Positions 26,680 through 33,795 of a stretch of DNA of 64,000 bases are shown piece by piece. Below the pieces are notes generated by a model, which was not told where the DNA came from, did no database searches, and saw nothing but the letters and a program-made list of their open reading frames with translations. Made by a program: the position numbers and the translations under genes. How positions within the stretch are numbered: the stretch's first letter is position 1; each line of letters begins with the position of its first letter. Origin of the DNA: a virus (Duplodnaviria > Caudoviricetes); IMG/VR virus record IMGVR_UViG_3300012910_000003, positions 1-64,000 of that record. The stretch is one strand, 5' to 3'.

Positions 26680-26850
26680 TACCATACCCTAGGTACTCAT
26701 AAACTCTAATGGGGGGATAAGATTGGATAGTCCAGTAAATATATTTATATAAACAAAAATTGAAAAATTGAAAAAAAAAATAAAAATTATAATATTTTAT
26801 GAATTATAATAACATTTTTATATTTTTGAATATAAAATTATAAAAACAAT
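26680..26850. other. strand-switch region: G6 tract followed by a near-pure AT tract (candidate terminus/origin)
   Basis: Divergent genes; GGGGGG at 26721-26726; A-runs; TATTTTTG box at 26821. Confidence 0.45.
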
Positions 26851-27192
26851 ATGAAAGATAGTAAACCCTCTTTACAAGATTATAGATCCTCACAAGTAGT
26901 AACTAATGAGTTTTTAAATAATGTTCCTAATGCTACAGAAATAGCTGTAAAACAAGCTATTAAAGACTTAATAGAAAATACTTCTTTGTTTGATTTAGAA
27001 AGAATATTTAATATAGATATTGAACATACTTATTTTACTGGTAGGCCAGATATTGTAGATCTTTCTAGAAAAGAAATAATAGTAGGGTATAAGATAGTGG
27101 ATAATACAAGATACACTTCTACAGGTCAAATAGATAGAGGATTAATATTACCTGATCCTAAACAAGCAGCTTATATAAATTTAAATAAATAA
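26851..27192 (+). CDS. hypothetical protein
   Basis: ORF after promoter box. Confidence 0.55.
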   Translation: MKDSKPSLQDYRSSQVVTNEFLNNVPNATEIAVKQAIKDLIENTSLFDLERIFNIDIEHTYFTGRPDIVDLSRKEIIVGYKIVDNTRYTSTGQIDRGLILPDPKQAAYINLNK

Positions 27193-27200
27193 TAACTGTT

Positions 27201-27515
27201 ATGGATGAATTAACAAAAATAATTACAATTGAAGAATCACCTAAATCTAGGACCACTTCTGAAATTAAAGAGTTTAGTTCTTTAGGTAGAGAGATTAAGA
27301 TATCTCCTAAAGCTAAAATAAATGTTAATAAAGAAGGGTATAAGACTGAATACTTTGTAGAAACTATTGAAGTGCTTATAGGTATAGGTAAAGACCATAC
27401 TGCCACTTTAATTATGTCTAAAGAAGCTTATGAGGCTTTAAATGAAGGAGAGTTTATTAGCATAACTACTAATAAAGAATTCCAAGATAAATATTTTAAA
27501 AAGAGAATTAAATAA
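27201..27515 (+). CDS. hypothetical protein
   Basis: IGIGKDHTAxL motif. Confidence 0.6.
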   Translation: MDELTKIITIEESPKSRTTSEIKEFSSLGREIKISPKAKINVNKEGYKTEYFVETIEVLIGIGKDHTATLIMSKEAYEALNEGEFISITTNKEFQDKYFKKRIK

Positions 27516-27517
27516 CT

Positions 27518-28204
27518 ATGAACAAAGAAACACTACAAGAAAAAATATTAAAACACTTGGAAAATAAAGCTATAAATATTCTAGAAGGTAATAATGAACC
27601 TATGAATGAGAAGGAAATAAATAAATTCTTAGAATCATTTAAAAATACTGGTAATCACATTCCTATTACTTCTCAAACTGAAGATAAGAAGTACAATCAT
27701 TTTAGAGTAACTTTATCAGATTATATAGAAGACTTTAAAGTCTATAGGTTTTTTAATAAAGGAGTAGAATATTTTCAAAAAGAAAATCAAGTTTTATTTG
27801 AATTTAGTATTCCTATAAGTATAGAAGAATTTGAACAAACAATATTAGGTAAAACTAAGTTTTCTTATATTTATAGTGATTACATTAATCCTATTAAAAC
27901 TGAAGATCCTACAATAGAGAATAAACAGCTAGAAGACCTCATATCTCAAATAAGAGACTCTTTTGATGGTTCAGTGGAGGTTTATACTAAAGGTAGTTGT
28001 ATTAAGTTCTGTATGGTCTTAAAAACAGTATTTCCTAGAGGTATTATCTTTTATAATTCTGATCATGCAACCTTTGAATTAAATAATAGATTTTATGATA
28101 TAACAGGAGAAGTAGCTAAACCTAATAATTCTATACCTATAGAAGAATATGGTATACTTAAATGCTATGAATTAATGAATTTAAAATATTCTATAAAAGT
28201 TTGA
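27518..28204 (+). CDS. two-domain protein with a C-terminal Cys-His-Asp (papain/transglutaminase-like) domain
   Basis: YTKGSC...DH...FYDITG. Confidence 0.5.
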   Translation: MNKETLQEKILKHLENKAINILEGNNEPMNEKEINKFLESFKNTGNHIPITSQTEDKKYNHFRVTLSDYIEDFKVYRFFNKGVEYFQKENQVLFEFSIPISIEEFEQTILGKTKFSYIYSDYINPIKTEDPTIENKQLEDLISQIRDSFDGSVEVYTKGSCIKFCMVLKTVFPRGIIFYNSDHATFELNNRFYDITGEVAKPNNSIPIEEYGILKCYELMNLKYSIKV

Positions 28205-28371
28205 ACTAATTAAAAAGTTTATTAGTTTTGTATTCAGTCCCCCACACTACTCAGCTAGTTGCTGGACTTTAAAATTAAATAATGATAAAAAGATTTCAAC
28301 ATAATGATCAGTTTCAAAGAAGACATCCAATAATTTTGGACAGGTAGAATATTGATTATTATAAAGATATC

Positions 28372-28404
28372 AAAAAGCTCCTGTAGAAATATAGGAGCTT
28401 TTTT
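28372..28404 (+). terminator. intrinsic terminator
   Basis: AAAAAGCTCCT/AGGAGCTTTTTT. Confidence 0.75.
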
Positions 28405-28418
28405 ATTATAATACTTAT

Positions 28419-28490
28419 TGTGCTTTCTTCTAACTGGCAGGAAGATCCCCTTTGAAGGGATTAATTATGGTTCGAATCCATGAAGCACAA
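28419..28490 (+). tRNA. tRNA-Gln(UUG)
   Basis: TGTGCTT/AAGCACA acceptor, ATCCC-CTTTGAA-GGGAT anticodon arm, TTCGAAT T loop. Confidence 0.9.
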
Positions 28491-28499
28491 CTATTAAAT

Positions 28500-28570
28500 G
28501 GTGATAATAGTGTAATGGTAGCACAACTCTCTGTGAAAGAGTTAGATAGGGTTCAATCCCCATTATCACA
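28500..28570 (+). tRNA. tRNA-His(GUG)
   Basis: G-1, GTGATAA/TTATCAC, ACTCT-CTGTGAA-AGAGT; imperfect T arm. Confidence 0.8.
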
Positions 28571-28581
28571 CTATAAATAAA

Positions 28582-28656
28582 GGACTCTTAACTCAGTTGG
28601 TAGAGTGCCTGTCTGAAGAACAGGTTGCCTAGGTTCAATTCCTAGAGAGTCCACCA
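28582..28656 (+). tRNA. tRNA-Phe(GAA)
   Basis: GGACTCT/AGAGTCC, CCTGT-CTGAAGA-ACAGG, encoded CCA. Confidence 0.92.
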
Positions 28657-28664
28657 CTTAATAC

Positions 28665-28738
28665 AGAGAATTAGTTTAATGGGAGAAAAACAACTGCCTT
28701 CTAAGCAATAATTAAAAGTTCGATTCTTTTATTCTCTA
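28665..28738 (+). tRNA. tRNA-Arg(UCU)
   Basis: AGAGAAT/ATTCTCT, loop CTTCTAA, AAAAG-TTCGATT-CTTTT; matches the dominant AGA codon. Confidence 0.8.
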
Positions 28739-28743
28739 CTTAT

Positions 28744-28775
28744 AAACCTAGTATAACAACTAGGTTTTTCTTTTT
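28744..28775 (+). terminator. terminator after the tRNA cluster
   Basis: AAACCTAGT/ACTAGGTTT plus T-run. Confidence 0.75.
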
Positions 28776-28820
28776 ATAAAAAGAATTATTTATCTTTACT
28801 TTATAAACAATAAAATAATA

Positions 28821-29102
28821 ATGAATAGTTTTATAGATGATACTAGTAATTTATCAGATCAATTAACTTCTATAATTAATACTATTAGAAGACAGAAACA
28901 CTCTTTAATACTTAATAGAATACAAGTGTTAGGTTTATTACCTAATACTGAGAGATTAACTAAAGTATGTCAAGGGGAAGAAGAGATTTGGTATTATGAT
29001 TATAATACTGATGATGTTAAATTTATTATTTACTTTAAAGGTATTGAATGGAGTAATGATGTAAATAATGATAGAATTACTTTTAGTATAGATTATTTCT
29101 AA
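28821..29102 (+). CDS. hypothetical protein
   Basis: ORF followed by a bidirectional terminator (29104-29140). Confidence 0.55.
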   Translation: MNSFIDDTSNLSDQLTSIINTIRRQKHSLILNRIQVLGLLPNTERLTKVCQGEEEIWYYDYNTDDVKFIIYFKGIEWSNDVNNDRITFSIDYF

Positions 29103-29155
29103 TAAAAAAGAGTCTAGTATAATCTAGACTCTTTTACTTTTCTTTTTAAAAAGAT

Positions 29156-29470
29156 TTACTTAACCTGTTTACCTTCAACTCCTCTTTTAATTCTGTCCTT
29201 AGTTCTTTTTTCTAACCACATTAAAGCTTCTTGTAAATGAGTAATACAACAAGCATTCTCTTTACAAGGAAATTTATTTTGTAAATAAGATAATCTATCA
29301 ATTAACATTTCTAAAACTTCTTCATTAGTTGTTCCATTATTTACTGTAATTAACTCATTAGAACTTGTATCACTTAATACTTTCTCAATAAATTGTATTT
29401 TTTGGTTAGACTCTCCTGTTTTCTCAAACATATCTAACTCATACAAATGACCTTCTTTTAATACTTTCAT
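29156..29470 (-). CDS. tad1: Tad1-like anti-Thoeris/anti-CBASS signalling-molecule sponge
   Basis: IQF...NGTTNEEVL..LIDRL..LQ.KFPCKENA..ITHLQEALMWLEKRT.DR..RGVEG closely follows the Tad1 signature. Confidence 0.75.
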   Translation of the reverse strand: MKVLKEGHLYELDMFEKTGESNQKIQFIEKVLSDTSSNELITVNNGTTNEEVLEMLIDRLSYLQNKFPCKENACCITHLQEALMWLEKRTKDRIKRGVEGKQVK

Positions 29471-29500
29471 TATTATTGTTATTTAAAATTGTTTACTTAT

Positions 29501-29923
29501 TTAATGTAAATTATCAAGCTTATAAATTACTCCACTAGTAAGATCTAATATATCATCTATTATTTGTTGTATAAAGCCTACAGAGACACTTTCTCTTTGT
29601 TTTGATACTAGGCTATATACTTCTCTTAAATAGTCTCCTGAAGCTTTAAAAGAGCTAGAATTAATAGAAATAATGTAATTATTTAATGCTCCATATTCTA
29701 CATAAGACTTTTCTACAAGATTATCATTTAAATCTCCTATACCAGTATAAAACTCTTCTAAAGCTTTATGTTCAGCATAATTCTTCTTTTTAGCTTCTAA
29801 ATGCATCATATGACATAATACCTCAGCTTCAAATAGTTTATTAGCTATTACTTGTATTGGGTTATCTGGTTTCTTAATAACCATTAGTGTTGACTTCTTT
29901 GGTTCTTTATTTGTTAAATCCAT
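29501..29923 (-). CDS. phage ferritin/Dps-like protein (DUF5856-type)
   Basis: HxxH...YAEHKAL..FY....D..VE...IDDI......YKL. Confidence 0.75.
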   Translation of the reverse strand: MDLTNKEPKKSTLMVIKKPDNPIQVIANKLFEAEVLCHMMHLEAKKKNYAEHKALEEFYTGIGDLNDNLVEKSYVEYGALNNYIISINSSSFKASGDYLREVYSLVSKQRESVSVGFIQQIIDDILDLTSGVIYKLDNLH

Positions 29924-30221
29924 GTTTTATATAATGTTTATCTATTACTTCTTCTAATTCATCTCTACTCATTTCTACTACATCTTCATTACCTGATGAA
30001 CATATAATGCATCTATCAGGATAATTATCATCTTTAGCTAAATAGTCTATTGAATAATAACTAACTTCTTGAGTAGCTTCTTCAACAGCTATAGTATTCT
30101 CTTCTTCCTCACTTAACTTACCTAAAAGTCTTTTAAGATCTTTCTCTTTAATCATCTCTTCAGTTTCCTCTACTTTAGCAAGTACTACTGTTTTTAGTCT
30201 TAATGGTTTTATGAATCTCAT
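29907..30221 (-). CDS. hypothetical acidic protein
   Basis: ORF track. Confidence 0.55.
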   Translation of the reverse strand: MRFIKPLRLKTVVLAKVEETEEMIKEKDLKRLLGKLSEEEENTIAVEEATQEVSYYSIDYLAKDDNYPDRCIICSSGNEDVVEMSRDELEEVIDKHYIKHGFNK

Positions 30222-30222
30222 A

Positions 30223-30693
30223 CTAATCTCTTATTTTAGCTTGTTTCATAAATTTTTCTAACTCTGACTTATTTTTAAGTTCTAACTTGATATTCATACA
30301 ATCAAGTGTCTCGTACTTTCCATCAAAATTGGGGGTTTCTATTATTATAGATACTTCCCAAGGTTTGTTTATAGTTTGAATTAACACATACCTTGTTTTG
30401 GGGTTGTTTGTATTTATTTCATAAACCATGTGAAGATCTGGATAAACTGGTGAAGTAGTAGATAATTTCCAACCTAAAGACTCTATATCTTCTCTATCAA
30501 GGTATTTAACTCTTATAACTTTCTTTTCTATAGAAACATGAGTATCTAGAATTGTAGGATAACCATCACCTTCTAAATAATTAATCATATAAGGAATTTT
30601 AACCCATATACCTTCCACGTTATATTGAACTTCAAAACCTACATGAAATTCTTCTATTTCAGGAATATAGTATTTATTATATTCTGTGTTCAT
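30223..30693 (-). CDS. hypothetical protein
   Basis: YYxPxIEEFHVGFE...RVKYLDREDIESLGW, typical of Bacteroidota phages. Confidence 0.65.
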   Translation of the reverse strand: MNTEYNKYYIPEIEEFHVGFEVQYNVEGIWVKIPYMINYLEGDGYPTILDTHVSIEKKVIRVKYLDREDIESLGWKLSTTSPVYPDLHMVYEINTNNPKTRYVLIQTINKPWEVSIIIETPNFDGKYETLDCMNIKLELKNKSELEKFMKQAKIRD

Positions 30694-30695
30694 TA

Positions 30696-30914
30696 TTAAT
30701 TCAAATTTATATTACCTTCTACTTTAAGTTCTATAGTTTCTTCCCAAATACCTATTACTTTTAAATAAGGATAATAAGTCTTACAATATTCTTCAGCTTC
30801 AAAATAAGTATAAGCTTCTATATTTATACCTGCAAAGAGCTTTAATTCATTATCAGTTATATCAATAGCTTGAAACTCAGTTAGAAATGTTTTCTTGTTG
30901 TTCTGGTGTGTCAT
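30696..30914 (-). CDS. hypothetical protein
   Basis: ORF track. Confidence 0.55.
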   Translation of the reverse strand: MTHQNNKKTFLTEFQAIDITDNELKLFAGINIEAYTYFEAEEYCKTYYPYLKVIGIWEETIELKVEGNINLN

Positions 30915-31152
30915 TAATTTCTTCTTGTTTAATTGTTTCTAATTTCCACTCATTATTAGCTATACTAATTATAAGTTCTTTAAATTGAGTTTTAGTTAAG
31001 TTTTGAGTATACTTAATCTCTATAGCCTTTTTAACTGGGTGACCTTGTGGTAATCCTATTAATAAATCTATATCATCTCTTAACTCTTTATTCTGTTTTA
31101 ATAAGAATGAGTTATTAGTCTTAGTCTTTTTATTACTGTTACTTATGTTCAT
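30877..31152 (-). CDS. hypothetical protein
   Basis: Start moved to MNISN, downstream of the TATTTTTG box. Confidence 0.5.
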   Translation of the reverse strand: MNISNSNKKTKTNNSFLLKQNKELRDDIDLLIGLPQGHPVKKAIEIKYTQNLTKTQFKELIISIANNEWKLETIKQEEINDTPEQQENISN

Positions 31153-31166
31153 AAAATTTGTTTTCT

Positions 31167-31187
31167 CAAAAATAGCATATATATTTG
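31167..31187. promoter_or_regulatory. back-to-back divergent TAnnTTTG promoter boxes
   Basis: Minus TATTTTTG at 31167-31174; plus TATATTTG at 31180-31187. Confidence 0.6.
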
Positions 31188-31209
31188 TAATAAACAATAT
31201 AGAAATATT

Positions 31210-31458
31210 ATGTTATACTCTGATTATAGAGTTGATATTAATGAAGCAATGGGATTAGATTTATTTCCTAGAGAGATATTAGTAGATACTTATGTATTTG
31301 ATGATATAGACTTTGCTTTTAATGACTTTATATTATATGAGAAGAGGTTAGAATCAATGTGTAGAGAACATAATAATCTTTACTTTTTAGAAATAGATAT
31401 AAATGTTGGAGAGATAACTATTAGTTATATTTATTATGAGCAACAGCAGCAACAATAA
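31210..31458 (+). CDS. hypothetical acidic protein
   Basis: First ORF of the late block. Confidence 0.5.
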   Translation: MLYSDYRVDINEAMGLDLFPREILVDTYVFDDIDFAFNDFILYEKRLESMCREHNNLYFLEIDINVGEITISYIYYEQQQQQ

Positions 31459-31804
31459 AATAGTAAAACTAAAATATCAAACAATAGATCATCATATAAA
31501 ACTATGGTGTAAATTGTTAGATAAATACTATCCTATTAGTGAGAAAGAGTTAGAATTAGTTAGTTACTTAATTCAAAAACAATTAGATTATACTAATAGA
31601 AGATTAGAAGAGAATGATATTAATGAGTTAATGTTAAGTACTAAGATGAGAAAAGAGATGAGTACTTATTTTAAACTTGATCCTAAAACACTTAATACTT
31701 ATGTTAGTTTATTAAGAGGTAAGAAAGTAATTATTAGTAATTTAATTAATAATGACTTAATACCTAAAGATGAGTTAACCTTTAAATTTACTCAAATTGG
31801 CTAA
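31436..31804 (+). CDS. conserved crAss-like HTH protein
   Basis: ISEKELEL...RKEM...LNTYVSLLRGKKVI; upstream of the packaging genes. Confidence 0.55.
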   Translation: MSNSSNNKIVKLKYQTIDHHIKLWCKLLDKYYPISEKELELVSYLIQKQLDYTNRRLEENDINELMLSTKMRKEMSTYFKLDPKTLNTYVSLLRGKKVIISNLINNDLIPKDELTFKFTQIG

Positions 31805-32423
31805 TAAAGACTTAACATATAAGTATATAGATACTAATAGTGTGTTTACTAAAGTATCTGAAATGATGAAGAAAGAAAGTATTATTATAACTGATAATCT
31901 AGTAGAATATATATTTAGATTTCAGTTTGATGAGCTTCATAGACAAATGAAGAATAAACAATATGTTAGTATACCTAATCTAGGTACTTTTGGGATTCAG
32001 ATATGGAAAGATCTATTAGAAGATGAGAGATGTTTATTTTGTATAAAGAATAGAAAAGGTGATTTAGGTAAAGGTGTTTACAAATTAAATAGTACTATTA
32101 TTAATCATAACTGGTTATTTTATAATAATGCTAGATCCCTCCATACTACTTTTAGTGATGTAGAAGTTTATAGAGAAGAAGTAACTACCTTATTTAATCA
32201 ATTTAAAGATAGTATTATAACTAGAGAATTACTTACCACTGCTTATATACAAGAGGATAAAGCTTCTAAGATTAAGATTGAACAATTACTTGAATCTACT
32301 AAAGAAGAAAGTACTAAATGGTTTACTGATAAAGTAGATAGAAAGAGAAAGATTGATTATCACAATATAGAAGGTTATGTACCCTATAGAACTAGAAAGA
32401 TAGAAGAGAATAGAAAGTTATGA
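31797..32423 (+). CDS. IHF/HU-like N-terminal domain protein
   Basis: VExIFRFQF...VSIPNLGTF. Confidence 0.55.
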   Translation: MANKDLTYKYIDTNSVFTKVSEMMKKESIIITDNLVEYIFRFQFDELHRQMKNKQYVSIPNLGTFGIQIWKDLLEDERCLFCIKNRKGDLGKGVYKLNSTIINHNWLFYNNARSLHTTFSDVEVYREEVTTLFNQFKDSIITRELLTTAYIQEDKASKIKIEQLLESTKEESTKWFTDKVDRKRKIDYHNIEGYVPYRTRKIEENRKL

Positions 32424-32659
32424 AAAGTAATTCTCTAAATATAATAAATGGTGCTGTAAACAATCTTCTCCATAGAGTTGATCTATTACCTCAAGAGAAG
32501 AAAGATCTTATCTCTATGAGGCTAAAAACATGTAAAGAATGTGAGGTTATTAAGTTTGACAATACTACTAAATCCCTTAGATGTGGAGTATGTAATTGTT
32601 TTATTCAGTGGAAAACTAGTTGTATGGAGTGTAAATGTCCTAAAGATAAATGGGAGTAG
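32420..32659 (+). CDS. small Cys-rich Zn-binding protein
   Basis: RxxxCxxC...RCxxCxCF...CPxxKW. Confidence 0.7.
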   Translation: MKSNSLNIINGAVNNLLHRVDLLPQEKKDLISMRLKTCKECEVIKFDNTTKSLRCGVCNCFIQWKTSCMECKCPKDKWE

Positions 32660-33018
32660 AAGATATTAATAAACCAAGTAGACAGAAGGTACATAAGGAT
32701 AAGGTAAGAAATAATATCTTTGTTATTACAGGAGATTCTTGTGTTAAATGTGAGGGGTTTAAAGGGGATGTTAAGATGTTAGAACTTCACCATATAGATC
32801 CTAGTATTAAAAGCTTTGGTTTAAGCTCTACTATTATAAAAAGTAAGAGTTGGGCTTTAGTAAGTAATGAGGTTAAGAAATGTATACCTCTTTGCCCCAA
32901 CTGTCATAGATTATTTCATTTAGAAAGATGGGATTATAAAGATTTAGATTTTAGTAAGTTAAAAGATTATCAAGTAGAATTAATTAATAATTATGAGCAC
33001 ACAAATAACATTATATAG
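32650..33018 (+). CDS. HNH endonuclease
   Basis: CxxC...LELHHIDP..K...KC..LCPNCHR..H. Confidence 0.85.
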   Translation: MGVEDINKPSRQKVHKDKVRNNIFVITGDSCVKCEGFKGDVKMLELHHIDPSIKSFGLSSTIIKSKSWALVSNEVKKCIPLCPNCHRLFHLERWDYKDLDFSKLKDYQVELINNYEHTNNII

Positions 33019-33217
33019 TTTAAACGAATTAGTTAAAATATACACTAAACCAAGTGATAGAAATAAGGTTTATAAAGCAATAAATAAATTTGATGATAGA
33101 GCATTTGTATACTATGATTCTATAGAAAGTAAGTTAAAATGTAGTAATGAAGATTCAGATAATTGTATTTATGAATTAATTTGGGAATTAGAAGAAGTTG
33201 TTACAAATTATAAATAA
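32993..33217 (+). CDS. hypothetical protein
   Basis: ORF track. Confidence 0.5.
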   Translation: MSTQITLYSLNELVKIYTKPSDRNKVYKAINKFDDRAFVYYDSIESKLKCSNEDSDNCIYELIWELEEVVTNYK

Positions 33218-33219
33218 TT

Positions 33220-33795
33220 ATGGCTCAAGTAAATGATTTTTCTCCTGAACAAGATTTCTTTAAAATAAATCCTCAATATCTTGTTATTGAAGAATTTAAA
33301 CAAGTTAAAGAAAAGTATAAGAAGGAGTATTCAAACATATTATGGTTTATAGTATTAATGTATGATCCTGATAGTAAGTTTAATAACTTATCTTATAGTT
33401 CTAAACTACAAAAACTTCAAACCATGTTACCTAATGAGTTTCTTACTAAAGAAGATAATTTACATAAAACTTTAAAATCTTTATATTTAGAACTTTGTGA
33501 GACCCATCCTATGAGAATGTTAAGAGTCTGGAAAGAAAAAATGGATGAGAAATTACAGTTTATGTCTGAAAATAAATATACTGTAGATGAATATGTTGAA
33601 ATAGAAACTAATTCAGGTACTAGACAAAAACTTGTAAAAGGTACTTGGGAAATGCTAGAAGCTCTTCAAGCAGGTAATGTTAAGGCTTGGAAAGATTATG
33701 AACTTATTGCTAAAGAGTTAGCTAAAGATAAGGAAAATAAAGCTATAGGTGGTGTAGAAACTTCAATGAGTGATAGAGGAGGATTATTAGGATAA
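33220..33795 (+). CDS. putative terminase small subunit
   Basis: Helical, coupled to TerL; DFFxxNPQ...W...DPDS pattern. Confidence 0.5.
   Translation: MAQVNDFSPEQDFFKINPQYLVIEEFKQVKEKYKKEYSNILWFIVLMYDPDSKFNNLSYSSKLQKLQTMLPNEFLTKEDNLHKTLKSLYLELCETHPMRMLRVWKEKMDEKLQFMSENKYTVDEYVEIETNSGTRQKLVKGTWEMLEALQAGNVKAWKDYELIAKELAKDKENKAIGGVETSMSDRGGLLG

Noticed and set aside
28665-28738. Amber suppressor tRNA (CTA in loop) and stop-codon reassignment
   Set aside because: The 7-nt loop CTTCTAA centres on TCT (Arg); long structural genes are intact in code 11 and some genes end in TAG or TGA
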